Shown one piece after another: positions 39,278 through 58,243 of a stretch of DNA of 64,000 bases. A program made the translations under genes and the position numbers. Below the pieces are notes generated by a model. The model saw only the letters and a list, made by a program, of their open reading frames with translations, was not told where the DNA came from and made no database searches. Numbering within the stretch: the stretch's first letter is position 1; each line of letters opens with the position of its first letter. The DNA comes from Marsupella aquatica (Eukaryota; Plantae; Marchantiophyta), in contig OZ316895.1 in assembly GCA_973895155.1 (NCBI GenBank), positions 12,593,929-12,657,928 of the forward strand, read 5' to 3'.

Positions 39278-41349
39278 GACGACTGAACTCCCAGACTCAG
39301 TCTATCTCAATTTCACCTCGTGCTAGATCCACATTAGATGACTGAACTCCGTACTCAGTCTAAGGAGCGGTTGTATGGATCTACAGTTTCACAATTAACG
39401 TTGACACTCTTGAATTTGTCTAGCTTGCTGCACATATGACTATGCACATACGGACTGTGGTAACTGAGCTGGGAAAGTGTTCTCTACAGGAGATTGTCAG
39501 TGACAGCTTTATATTTAAGGGTCAGATAGATTCATCTAGCTAGTCAGATTGGTGGTCCTGACCATCCTCATCTCCTTGCATACGTCTATCTTAAATTACT
39601 TCACAGTTATGGCAGAAATCATGAGCTTCATATCAACCGTCATTGAATTGTATTTGAAATTCTACATTTTCTAGAGCGATTATCAAAGTGGGGACTCGGT
39701 TATGATTGGGTTATGAAAAGGGGAGCTTGCATGCATGTTAGATCAATTTTTGAAACGAAGATCAATAATTACGGAGGATAGGCTTTCAGTGGACACCTGC
39801 ACGTCAACTCAATAAATCAAATCTTCTAACAGTGGTTATATCATGGGTAGACCTACTTCCTATATTTCAGATGACATTTCAATTTGAGTTGTGGACCCTG
39901 AAAAGCATGTTGTCTCGTGTGCTGTCGCAAGAGAACACAACCCAAGCAGATACCTCCAGCCTGGGAATTGAAAAAATTTACTTCCCGCACAGACTTTTGT
40001 CTGAATAGTTACACTCTTATGGACGCCCTCACTGTGCTTGCAGTTACTAGGGAGGACATCCAAGTTGTGTATATGGCATGACCCTGCACTGGCCTTTTCC
40101 CGATGGAGGTTTCTACTTTAATTTTTTTTACTGGAGTTGTCCAGATACAGTCCCCTAAACTCTCCAAACGTGGCCAAATCCATTGCTGACACAAACCTCA
40201 ATTACCCCCTTTAATTTGAGAGTGAAGTGGGTGTGAAGCCATGTAATGAATTGCCTGCCTCCCTAACTCAGTCTAGCCTTTCAATTGGATTCGATAGATA
40301 GATACTTCAAAAGCTTGGTTGATATTAGAAATTCAGAAAAATGTTGGTAGAATAAACAAGGGGTCCGCAGATTAATTTTGGGTTATATAGTGTTGGCAAC
40401 CCCTGTTTCGGAAGGAACAATAATATCCCTGTTGTGAGTGTTGTTAACAATTTTGAAATAGAATGCAAACAAATAGTTTGCTCTGGCTGTGGTCATCACG
40501 GCTGGTTTCATCCTGAACTCACTCCTAGTTGGCAAGCTCTTAACTCGCCGCCATGATTAATGTCCAAACTTAGCCTTCCCCGCCCAATAAATTAACCCAG
40601 ACTTGATCTCACCCTTTCTCTAACACGCCTCTGCAAACCTGAGAAAATTAATCCCCAGCAAACTCTTGAGAAAACTGTGAAAACCTCTCCAAATTCACCA
40701 AAGGATACAAGGTGACATTGGAGAGATCTGAAAAATTGAAAATCCAAGAGTGGGTATTACTATTGACAAGAGTAACCCAAGAGTAATCCAAGAGTAATGA
40801 TTGTGGCACATGAAAACCTTACAATCTTTGGCTGCGGCAGAGCTATTTTCTTTATTATTTACTTAGAGACTATAATCCTGAACTAAAAACGAAAAAGGAA
40901 AACTAGCTGATTATCAGATTATTGCAATAAAATCAGGCAATTGCAATCCAGATTTGACTACCAAAGATTTTTGTATTATAATTGATGTATTTATTTCTTG
41001 TAGACATTCAGTCCTGGCCTTTGGGATTGAAATAAAAGTCAGAGACCAATCAGAACTACTACAGGAGAAGTTGTCAGCCACAGTAAGGGGAAACTCTTTT
41101 ATAAAGTTAGAATCTAGGACCTAGAATGAATTGGATATTGTCCTAGAGAATATGCCCTAGCACGTACCCTTTATAAAGCACTATGTCTTTTAAATTGATA
41201 GCAAGGAATATTTTTTTTAAACATGTGCATTTAAAAATAGGACCTCGAGTGAACGCGCTTTGACCCCTGACCCCATCCCCGTAATGGACCAGTCCCTCAA
41301 GGCACCCAAGTCGGTCTTTCAGGTGCTGTGTTCAAATTAACCAATGTGA

Positions 41350-41800
41350 TTATATATATACCAAACAGGGAGACATGGTCCCAAAAACTAAAAGACCCAA
41401 TAAAGGGTGGGGGGGAAGGAAAAGAAAAGGCCCCAAGAAGACCAACAGGCCCAACATCCAAGGGGTCATCCATAATAAAAAAGGAACCATCACAAAAAAA
41501 AGCCTACAAAGCAGTCAAGAAGTCTAACACCCTACTGGGCATTGAAGTGCTTGAATCATTGATCAACACTTTTCAGAGGTACGAGCTTCTTCTGCCGCTG
41601 TCCCGTGTTGCTTGTTCCCTTCCGTTGCTGACGATACACACATTGTTGGCCCAATTTCATTTCTGGGGGATGTTTATGTCCACTTTGTTGCCCAACTTGC
41701 TGTCCTTGGTTTGTCAGCTCAGCCAAGGAAATGTGGGGTATGGTCTCGTCTCCCACTCCCAAACTCTTTCACTGCCTCTCTTGGTCAGAGCTGTTTTGAC
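41350..41800. mobile_element. CRE-type non-LTR fragment: 3' UTR on minus (about 41350-41560) joined to an RT fragment on plus (about 41560-41800)
   Basis: GGGAGACATGGTCCC..GGCCCCAAGAA is the reverse complement of the family 3' end; FPSVADDTHIVGP..LAVLGLSAQPRKCGVW resembles RT motifs 5-7. Confidence 0.7.
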
Positions 41801-43529
41801 ATGATTCAATTTTCATTGTATTTTAGGGCCAGCCCCACCAGATTCTTGGCAAAAACGTTCTTGCCTAGTGTGTGGGCCAGGGTTCACTTCAGTTTTCTTG
41901 GCAAATTAAAATATTCTTGCCTAGTGTGTTACTGGCCAAGGGTCACTTTAGGTTTCTTTGCAAAAGGTTCTTGCCTAGTGACAGTAAATAGTGTCACTTG
42001 CAAGGAAATGGAAAGTTTGATCACACAGTAATTAGTATTTGTGACAGACCCACCATTAAAACAATAAAATTAGTGAATAAAATACCTGAAACTTGGTTTT
42101 AATCATGATTATCATTTGAGTTGCACTTGATGCTGGGATAGATCCCACATTAGACTTCAGGACTCTGATGGACCAAGCACTTTCTAACACCAAAACATTT
42201 GAGTATTTGCAAAAAGCAAAGCAAATTAAAAGTAATTGTGTTACCTGTCTGAAAAGCAATGTTATAAAGGACTCTTTGCAAGTTGCAGCAGTCTATCCAA
42301 GCATCTTGCCTTACATGAGCTTCAATTTCTTTTAGCAGTCACTATGAGCATTCACAATTTTATGCGTCAGAAGGTGAATATATATATCACATTGTCTACA
42401 AAAACCGCCAAACTAGTGGAAAATACAAGGGAAAACCCTCATGATGCTCGTGAGTCTCCCACAAGTACTGTAGTGCTTGATATCATTGATCATTCACATT
42501 TATTTGTGTCTCAGAATAAGTATTTATCAAGTTGTCAAAGAACAAACCTTGGGAGACAGGATCCCAAAGGCAGGAGGTCACCCAACACCAACCCACCGAC
42601 CCCCCCCCCCCCACCCCCCCAAAAAATATTTTTAAAAATTAAAAATAATAATTTAATCTAGAAAATTTGCAAAGGAACTCAAACGCTCAAATAGTACGTA
42701 ATAAAACTGGAAGACTTGGTGAAGCTAGTAAACTGCACAGAAGGGTATGTCTAACCGTAAGTAAAAAGGCGCTTTTGACCCCGGTTCATCTCAGTCCCAA
42801 GGTCTCCAGGTCAAACATGGTGGGGTTCCAGTGAACATCATGCAGCTTCTCCCAAGCAACAGACTTCTCCTAACCCACGTCCACTTGTTTCCTTCCAATT
42901 GCAGCGCAGATAAGAATCGCCATGATCATCATTCGTCCATGGACTTTGATTCAATTCTGCCATGGCCTATCATAATCCACCAGTTCTTACCATTATAGGT
43001 AATTGAGACTGGCCATAGCAGAGGAGGGGAGTCCAACAAGAGGAAGTCTGGAGACCTCGTTTATATAGAGTAGAGGAAATGGGGTGACTCCCATAGTAGG
43101 GGAAGGGAGTCACAACAAGGACTTGGACACCCCTTTTATTACGAATGGTTAGACCTAGTGGTTTAAAATCCTTATCTATACGCAGACGCATCCCAGGGGA
43201 GGTCATATCTCTTAGCCATGGACTTTGTCTCAGAGGTTCCTCAGAGAAGCTACAGTCCTCCGTCCTTAAAGTGTGCAACTATAAGTAACACCACCGCCCA
43301 CAATCAGAACCAAACCATCCGAAGCTGAGAATCCAGCTCAATTCATCAGAGCTTCGTTGCCTAGCTTTACCCCAGCTCCGAAATCTCACTGATATCAATC
43401 GGACTCACTCGACGAATTGTGTCGACTGAGTCATCACCCTTTTGCTCACAGAGCGTGCGAATTGACACAATTGTGGCTAGAATTTGATCATTTGAAGCAA
43501 TCAATCGTACCACTAGAGTGTAGTGCACC

Positions 43530-44568
43530 ATGACCAAGTCGATGGCGTTTCTGGGACTGCTGCTGCTTGCGGCAGTGGCGGTACAGACAGTTCGTGCGAG
43601 TGATCCGGACCTGACCACGGATTTCAACGTGACGAACCCGACTGCGGACAATTTCACCTTCATCGGATTCCGCAACCCTCAGCCGCTAGGCCGAGGAAAG
43701 GCAGCGCCCACGCCCGCCCCTATTTCAGGGCTCAGCGGGCTGGGCCTCGCGGCTGTGCTGTTCGAGTTCGGCCCACAGTCGCAGATTGATCCCCATACTC
43801 ACCCTCGCGGCACCGAAGTGTTTTACGTGCTCTCAGGTATGGACAGTTTAGTCCGTGTTCCATTGTTCCAATGACGGATATGCTTTTACACTTCAATCCC
43901 AGCCATGTGCGTGATGTATTGTCCAAAACCTGATCAGTGACTTTCCTAGTGCCGGACTACTTTAACAGTTGCTTGTTTACACTCGATTCGAATTAGCTCC
44001 CATTTGGGTCATTTGAATATATGCTTAATTTCGTACTTGTATTTGATTCCTTTGCACTCTAGTTAAAATCTCTGGTCACTGATCTGTGTCACATAATCTA
44101 GATCATCATGTGACCAAGTTGTGGTATCATTGTCCAAAGAAAAGGTCCGTACTGTGAAGTGTAATTTATGTCAAACTCATCAAGAATCTCAATTTCCGGC
44201 GTGAAGAGTAGAACGATAAACGATTGTTATGCTGTACGTGAATTGCAGGGTCATTGGACGTGGGATTTGTTGACACCGCCAACAGCCTCTTCGAGACTAC
44301 AGTGGAGAAGGGCGATATCTTTGTGTTTCCCAAGGGATTGCTGCACTGGCAGCGCAACAATGGTCGGGGAACAGCCTCTGGCTACTCAGTGCTCTCCAGT
44401 GAGAACCCCGGAACTCTCCTCATTGCCGAAGCTCTGTTGACCGCCGGTGGCACGGGTATCCCTGATATTGTTCTCACCACTGCCTTCGGTATCAGTACCA
44501 GCAACCACGATATAGACCAAATCAAAAAAGCCGTCGCTACCAGGAACAATCAGACCTTGCATTTGTAG
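43530..44568 (+). CDS. GLP: germin-like protein 4, 208 aa, 2 exons
   Basis: Exons 43530-43836 and 44249-44568; PHTHPRGTE, KGDIFVFPKGLLHWQ; paralog of GLP3. Confidence 0.95.
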
Positions 44569-46822
44569 TGTACGCAGATTGGCCCAGAACCAATGATAAC
44601 GTTCATTCGGATGCTCGCTCGCCGAAGGACTCGTCAGGGTTTGTGTGCATTCATTGGAAGCAAACTTTATAGAAAGCTCGAGGGTACAATCTAACGTTTT
44701 GTTAGTGTACTTCGTAGAATTTTGAATTCACAATATAGACATCGAAATGATATATTAGATATGAGGACAGACTTATTAGGTCTGGCTATAGACTTATTTG
44801 TTCAATCAATGACAATGAAGATTTGTCATTGATTAACACCATATTATTATGTGTTTGAATTTTTTTAATTTGCTTTTATAAATTTGATTGAATCATATTT
44901 TAAAACTCCAGGAATTATCCAAAAATTCAGTTTTATCATAATTGAGTTAATTTCACCGTCTCCCCTTACACATATGTGGGTGGTAGCCTCAACGTGACAA
45001 CATGAGCGACCGATCTCTGAGTCACGAGTTTAACTAGGCAGGAGGTGGTATTTGTATTTTAATGGACGGTGCAGGTCGATTAAGTCACGCTGTTCTCTTC
45101 AGAAATCCGTCGTTGGCAGTTGTCAAAATCCGCACCATGTCGAAATTGTCTCCTGTGTGATTGAGTGTTTTCGGACACATGATCTACGCTTTGATTTTCC
45201 ATAATTGACAGAATCAAAAACGGTACGTGCATTGAATGACTTGACCTCGTGACGAGAATTCACTCACAAGTATGGACATCGGGTTGGAAAAGCACATATC
45301 TTACAGTCGGTGCTATATTTGGACTTGTGTAGCCTGTGGAGTCACGGTCGGCAGCATTTTCACATCTCCCGGCCGACTGCTGTGACTTGGATCTTCTGTG
45401 TCTGGGTATTGACGAACAGCTGGATCATGGCAATTATAACCTACACTAGCTCCCTATGGGTTAGCAGCCCGCTCTTGATCAAGTTTAAACTACGCGCTAT
45501 TCAGAACTGTCGTCTGTTCAATACAAAGGAAGTCTGAGAAGGTCAGGATGTATTTTTGCTTCTCTCAGAGCAAGCTCCTCCAAAATGGGATCTAAACCAA
45601 CTGATCTCTTGATTTTCTGAATGGTCATAGCCTGCAACAAAGTCAGTGACTAAAAACGAATATTATCTCAAGGAGTTCAACTACTGGAATAACATCGAAC
45701 TATCCTTTCGTCACATTTTTCTATCAAATAGTTCACCTGACCGCTTTAAAATATATTGACAGTAGTATCCAGAAATTCACTTACACTTGCAATGGGTTAA
45801 TTCTTCATGGGGTAATTCTTCATGGGGTAATTCTTCATGTGCTGTAGACGTATACTCACCCAAATCTCCCCAAGACTTCACTGGACAGCTGCAATGCTCT
45901 GCTGCCCTTCCGTTATAGCTGTAACTTACAGTCGAAATGAACTATGCTGTCAGTTACGAGGCCCACCCCTTGCTATCAAATGGGTGGTCGGTTTAAGTTC
46001 TTATGTCAAGACCGGTCTGGACTGTCCTTTGCCAGAAGCAGAGCGTCTCCACTTCGTGTGATGTCATCGAAGTGGTCAAATTGGAGCCAGAAATCGTACA
46101 GTAGCTACAGTAGATTGCTTTTAGAAGCAATAGACGCATCTTCGGTGAACTTTGAATGGCAAGTGGAATCGATGTGGGATTCCACTCTTGACACTAAAAT
46201 AGCTGTATCACGGCAAAAGCATTCAAGAAAATTGGTGTACATATGGCCGGAGAGAAGGCAAGCAACATTCGGTGTCCTCAACAAAATAAAAACTCCAAAG
46301 AAGTAGCGGGTTTCACGTCAGCGGAGATACCTCACTTTTTGGGGGGAGTTGTACAATCACAATTCTAGGGGATAATTGAAGACACACTCTACTATGCGGG
46401 CAGGCAAATTTAGAGATGTACCGGCAACCTAGAGTGCTGACGAATTATCTTTGCTTATAAGGGCTTCTCCATTATTTACTATGGAACAAATTACTTTTCC
46501 ATACCCATCATGAAGCTATTTGGTACTCAGTCAATGACCAGATCCCGGGGGACGACCAGACAGATAGGTTCATTATTTCAAGATTACTTTTGAGGTAAAC
46601 TGTGAGGCAGGGAATTCATGTCGATCTCGGGTTACATCTTGACAACTACAGACCATATGTAGAGCCACAGACAGTTCATACGCTGTTGTGTTCAAGCTAT
46701 TCCATCTTAAGAACTACACCTAACAAGCAAGTATCTCGTGGACAGCAAACCTCTACTCTTAGTAGCCGGGCTAAGTTAGCAGTTAAGAAAACTTGCTCGT
46801 CACGGCCCTCGCTCAGAAGCTA

Positions 46823-52221
<5,399 letters not shown>

Positions 52222-52769
52222 GACTGCAATCGGACCGGACCAGCTGGAGAATGGTGCACAACAAAGCAGCGAATGGAAACGGAGGAGACTCCTTTGAATA
52301 GACAGAGACTGCAATTGACGAAGCAAAGGGTGACTGTCTTGTCAAAAGAAGTAGAAATCAGGAGTTCCCTTCAGCCCCTTTGCTTTGGCTTTGGCTCTCG
52401 TTCACTGCACCATGCCTGTAGGCGCTAGAGCATATGGATGTCCACGAAAAGAATGACCACAATCGTTCACTGCACCATGCAAAAAGCCTATCCACGAAAG
52501 AATGAGCCCCATTTATTGTGCAATCCTATTTGGACCTCATACTACTAACCTGATTCCTTGAACTTAAATAGGAGGAAAGGCTATCCACGAAAGAATGAGC
52601 CCCATTTTACTGTGGAATCTTATTTAGTCCTATATTACTAGCCTGAAAAAACAATAGGAGGAAACCTTGCACAAATAAGGAATCCTTCCCTCATTTAATA
52701 TTCCTTCCCTCATTTAATCTCAGTTGTGCTCTCATTTAGAGTCATTGTCTAGAGTAGGTTTAGATAGCA

Positions 52770-53200
52770 CTTTATTAGTAAGATTTGAAATCCCCATGGA
52801 TCACAAGGTTGGTCTTTGAAACCCTCATGGACCAGGTTTCCCAACATTGGAGTTTTATTGTAGAAACTTGATATTCATGAATTCAAGTATTTTTTTTAGT
52901 TTTGTGCATATGCTAGACCAATAAGTAACTAAGCTACACTTCTATGAAAGTGACAGTGAATGTTTGGCCATTTTGGGTGAGTTTTGCATCATACAATGCC
53001 GGCCAAGGGTAAATTTCAGTAGATTAATTTTCATTGTGTGGATATGAAATATTAGGCCTTGCTATTTTTCCAACTTCCTGTTCATTTCTAGTTGCTTGGC
53101 AGCTGCAAAACTAAAAATTATTATAGGACTTATAATCGTCAAGTTATGCACCCCAAACTCCCAAGGACCACCAAAATGTGGTCCACAGGAGCATTGTGTC
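52770..53200. repeat. dispersed repeat, copy of 6345-6750
   Basis: Collinear similarity including CATGGATCACAAGGTTGGTCTTTGAAA and AGATTAATTTTCATTGTG. Confidence 0.7.
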
Positions 53201-54099
53201 CAGCTTGGTTTACTTAGCTTGGCTTCAGTTTCCTTATTTTTCATTTAGTCCCCAAGATAGAATCTACAGCCATGATGGACCAAGCTTGTGAAACATGATT
53301 TCCCCATGGACCATGACACCCTTCAGACTGTCACTTGCTCTTACTCTTTTCAATTTCATAACCTTGTCATCAGCAAAATTTGATTTTCAATCTATCCACA
53401 AAATGGGCTCTTAGTGGGTTCCTTATTAGGAGCTACTTGAGATAGCAATCTATTTATAGTGAGACTATCTTTGCAGCACGTAATACTGAAGGATAGCCAA
53501 CAAGGGTGGACCCTACCAGGAGGAAGAGAGGGTTAAAGTGTCCAACCAGGGGATTGGGTTCTCCCCCTACTACACAACCCACCCCTCCCACACAAATAAC
53601 TTCCACACTCATCTCTGTAGAGGGGTAAATGAGATCAGGACCTTTATTATTAGAGTTGGGTCCTATGGTCTAGTTTGAGAGACCTAGTTCAGGAAGCTAG
53701 GGCATTCATTTTGGGTCTAGGATTGAAAGGTCTCAGGTTCAACTCCTCTTCCTTGCACACACATTAGCCCACTAGAATGACTGTGGAAGATATAGAGTGG
53801 GTGTGGGATGGGTGTTGGGGGTTCATGTTAAGTGCTAATATGTTAGAAAGGCATGACCATGTGGGTGGACAAGCCCCGGGGACAAGCATAGCCCTTGAGT
53901 CTAAGAGGGCATTCAACCCCTTGTGAGATGTCCTGCATGCATATGCAAACTCACAAACATGGATGCAATATTTTGCAGACCACTATACATAATGTGAAGT
54001 GACAAACTACTCTATTGTACATATTCATCAGGAATTCATTTTTCATGAAGAAAGTAATAGATTAATATTCTATTGTACGATAAACTCTAAGTGAAGATG

Positions 54100-54950
54100 G
54101 AGACTGAGAATTATTTTCTTGAAGATGGAGGAATTATTCTCTCCAACACTAGACATGTCTGCACTAAGAGCATCTCCAACGGTGTCGTTTTGCTGCCCCC
54201 TATCGACCAAATATCCATATGGCAGCCCTTTTTTGCGGATTCCATCTCCCACCATGCCCCACAACCTTCAAAAGTTTGGAGGCTCGATGTCTATTCTCTG
54301 CCTACCTGCCGCCAGATTTGGCCTGGAAGGAGGTTGGCATTCTATCTTGGAGACAAGGCCTCCATAGGCATCGATGGCCAGCAACAGCCCACTTGTTTGT
54401 CAATCTGCCTATGTACATTGTTCCTCCATTGTTCTGTAGGGTCCATTGACCAAAATCAGAAGCAAGCAGCCTGGGAAGTCTTTGACTGGCAAACTTGGAA
54501 GTTGATTTCTTCAATACAAAAGTGAAGTATCTAGTGAAAGTAGTGGGCGTTCAATGTAGGAGCACTTCGAGTACACAATCGCCAAGCTCAATTCTTCCAG
54601 GATCAGAACGGCAAAGGGTGAAGGTCCTGTTGTGTGAAGAAGGTCAAAAATCTCGACATTCTTCAAAGGTTTCGTGGTAGAAAGTGATGAACAGAGCACA
54701 AGCAGGTTGGGCCAGGGTGGTTCAAACCGCAACTTGAAGGGTTCAAATGTCAGGTCAGAGAATGGTGATCGACTTTGTGGTGGAACTGATGGGGTTGCAA
54801 ACTTTGGCAGCTCTCTGAGCAGCTACCCAGCTCCTTAAAATGGCCGGTACTTCTCAAGGTATGTGGCGGGATAGTGGTCAGTGACCGCCTAATCCACTGG
54901 AGATGCTCTAATGATCTAGAGTACAATCTACACACTAAATCTAAGTCTAT
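54100..54950 (-). mobile_element. possible decayed L1 ORF1 remnant
   Basis: Frame-broken fragments QLPSLP / RLLASDFG resemble DUF4283-adjacent LINE ORF1 sequence. Confidence 0.3.
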
Positions 54951-55649
54951 GACACTCACCTTAGTTCAACAATACAATAAGTTTCTTTAACCTTTTGCAT
55001 GTTGAGTTATTAAATTGGTGAGGTCAGTTACATATGACTTTGCTGTGCAAACAAATTCTGGGTCAAAATAGCAAGAAATAAACAACTCATATTACAGATG
55101 TACTCTCCTCACCTAATGTCAGCCATGGACCCATGCTAATTAGCCCTGGCTTGGCTGGTTTAGTAGCCAAGCCATATATGTTTGATGATCAACGCTTGGA
55201 AAACTTAGTAGTGGGCCCACACTCTGCTAACCCTAGCATCTGATTCACGCTTGGCTAATTAGGTCAAGAACCCATGCGAAGCTAATTTTTGCAGAGCATG
55301 CATGCTCAGCATGAGATCATAACCCAATGCCATAGGGACAGATTATGAGCTAGGTTAAGGTTAGGGACAGATTATGAGCTAGGGTAAGGTTATAACCTCA
55401 CTTGACAAGAAACTCTAAATTAGCTTCACTGCTCTAGATGAAGAACATCCAAATAGGGTAGAGATTAAAGAACATTCAATTCACAACCTGAAATTTGGGC
55501 TAAGATTTAAAGCTACTTTGTTAGAGTCCAACTTGAGGCCAACTTATAGATTGGTGGCACCTGCCCCCACACTCGATTGTTTAGCACTACGTAGTTCCTT
55601 GTAGTGCAAAGCAGAGCGGAGGCGCAATGCAACGGAGGTCGAGGCACTT

Positions 55650-56829
55650 CCCGCAGGGCAGGAGCATTTAATGCAGCACCTTTGGCCTTGCCTGTGGGGG
55701 GTCACTTGCCAGGGGTGACCTCGTGCCCCCTGGCCTCCGATCCTTTGGGTTTAGTGGCCGCTCATGCAACCAGCCCCAACCCCGTGCTAACATGTGTCCA
55801 CCCTTTTCAGCCTCTACAGATTTGTTTGTTGACCGTCTGGTTTATTGCGTGCGGCCTCACCTTGGTGCCGTTGTCATGGCGTTTTACTCAACTCCCTTTC
55901 TTGTGTGACCTACTGACTGGTGGCTGTTGTGGGGGTTTGGGTGACTGGCGTCCGGTCTATGGGGCCTCGGGCCCTAGTGTTGGTGATCTGCATGTGGCCA
56001 TTGCTTCTTGGGTGACGTGCTGTTTCGGATCCAAGGGTGGTGTTTCTTCTAGTCTGAGGTGCAGCCATGGGAGTGAGAGGACTACCACCCATGATGACAT
56101 TTGGGACGTGGTGGCTGCCATTGCTCGGGATTCTGGTTACCATGTTGCCATGGAGCAACGACATGTTCTTCCCCCTCGGGATGGTCTTCCTGACCGACAA
56201 CGGGTGGATCTGGTCTTTTTTAGGGTTGGGGTTTGTGCTCTTGAGGATGTGGTTGTTACTGATCCTACCCTCGGGAGCCATGTCGCGGTTTCCGCCCACG
56301 TGCCTGGCCATGCTGCATCCAAGGCGCCCTAGCTAAAGGAGGAGGCCTATGCAGTTTGCTACCTGGGGGATCTTTTCTACCCCTTTGCCCTGGAGGTTTT
56401 TGGTGCTCTTAGCCCTACCTTCGACCAGTTCCTTCGGGCCTGATGCAATTTTTTGTGTTGAGAGGAGGCCTTTCCCCTTGTTTCTGTCCTCATCGCCTTT
56501 TTTGGGCAGTGGGTGTCTATGGCTCTTATATGGGCCCAAGCTTTCACCATCCTTTGTAGGGCTGAGGCAGTTGGTTTTAGGGCCTCCCGGCAGGTTCAGC
56601 TTTGTGATCCTCCTAATGCGGTTTACTCTAGAGCTCTCCCATACGTTTTAATTCTCCGCTCATTAGGTTACTTTTTTGTCTTTGTTCTTGTGTTGACATT
56701 TGATTGGGGCCCCTTGGCTTGTTTTTCTTGGGCCCTTTCCCCTCCCCCCCTCCCTTCATTGGGTTGCTTTGTCATTGGGACCATGTCTCCCGGTATGGCG
56801 TTTCTTGCCCTTGGGCACTCTGATATATA
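55650..56829 (+). mobile_element. CRE/R2-superclade non-LTR retrotransposon 3' fragment encoding a restriction-like endonuclease (decayed)
   Basis: LRCSHGSERTTTHD..RVDLV..DVVVTDP..AASKA*LKEEAY..FYPFALEVFG..QWVSMAL..AQA across in-frame stops, then a pyrimidine-rich 3' UTR ending TGATATATA. 5' boundary approximate. Confidence 0.8.
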
Positions 56830-57778
56830 ATTTGTAATACTCTAGAGTCAAACTTTGGGCCAAGTGGGTGATTCTTTTGGGCAGTATTAAGGGAAGAAAA
56901 CAAAGGAGCAAGGGAATCCATCATTCTACACTGACTGTCATTTGCAATCTTAGTCCACCACTTTATGACCTGCTTAGTAGAATGAAGCCATAGGTTGTAA
57001 TTTCTCTAGTAAGAGAAATTTTGATGTTTAGAGCATTATCACCAGTTGCGGGGGATGCTTGGCTGAGGATGACTTTACCGTGACTGGCTTTGGAAACAAA
57101 GTTTTTGATCCCCACCAAGCCTTGTAAAATTAAAACCACTAGAGCCTGGCCTGTCAGAAGTTGCCTTCGGAGGAACTTGTGAGTTTGGGCACACAGGAAG
57201 GGTTGCCTGCTTAAACCTGTGGGCGACACACATCAACTCATTGCAAGACATCTGGATGGCAATGGTGCAACTGGCACTACAGGTGTGAATGCTCTTAGAG
57301 CCAACTCGCATGAAGTAGCCCTCGACAAAGTACGTAGCCTGCAATCCTCAACACTCAGCAAAACAATCAGGAAAAGATATACACATTTGACAACAACATT
57401 TGTTGCAATCTGTTTCCCTACTTCCCAACAACAACACAATTGACAAACAGTTGTACACTGTCTTTTGGTTTTATTCCCAAGGCCAGATTTTGGAACCGCA
57501 AGGGCTGGAAATTTCTGGTCTTTGCCCTTGGGTCTCCATAAGAAATATCATGAAGCTTGCCTGACAAGGGGCTTACTCATGAAAGTCTCACTGAAATAAA
57601 TCATGACATGAGTTACTTTGAGGATAGCAAAATAGCAGGTCAATCACAGGCGTGTTATCCTTTAGACTCTTGTGGAGATACATATCAATTTCATAAGTTT
57701 ATTAATTTTTTTCTATAATTCCCCAAAACTCACTCAAGTTTTGACATATGTTTTTTAAATTTTTTTTAAATAACTTTT

Positions 57779-58243
57779 AAGGGAAATCTGTGAAACCCCA
57801 CAGAAAGGGAAGAGTAATAAGTCACAATAGTTGGGAAGAGTCAGCCCACAATAGTTGAACCCAAGACCTATCAGTCTCTACTCATTCAAGTGAGCTACCA
57901 CAAAGTCATGCCTCCCTGGGCAAGTTTTGACATATGTTAATATCCTAGTTAGGATGAATTGTGAAAATAAAACCTCTCAAAACTTGTATTATGGCGATTG
58001 TTTCGCATATGTTAATATCGTACTTAGGGGGAATTGTGAAAATAAAACCTCTCAAAACTTGTATTATGGCCTTCGATTTACATATGTTTACATCCTAGTA
58101 AAGCAAAGGCCATGATACATGTTTTGAATTGTGAAAGAGGCATGGTTGTGTGGTAGTTCACTTGGGTAGAGACTCATAGGTCTACTTTTCAAATCTTGTG
58201 CCTGACTATTCCCTTTCTATGAGGTTTCACAGATTTTCCCTTT
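57779..58243. mobile_element. MITE-like element with about 110-140-bp degenerate TIRs and an internal 75-bp tandem repeat
   Basis: AAGGGAAATCTGTGAAACC..AGAAAGGGAA mirrored by TTCCCTTTCT..GGTTTCACAGATTTTCCCTT; GAATTGTGAAAATAAAACCTCTCAAAACTTGTATTATGGC occurs twice. Confidence 0.75.

Noticed and set aside
46007-46104. Short minus-strand frame LLYDFWLQFDHFDDITRSGDALLLAKDSPDRS* shared with copy A
   Set aside because: Similarity is explained by the segmental duplication; copy A has frame-breaking indels and there is no recognisable domain.
53700-53760. tRNA/SINE-like B box GGTTCAACTCC
   Set aside because: No cloverleaf or convincing A box; at most a decayed repeat.
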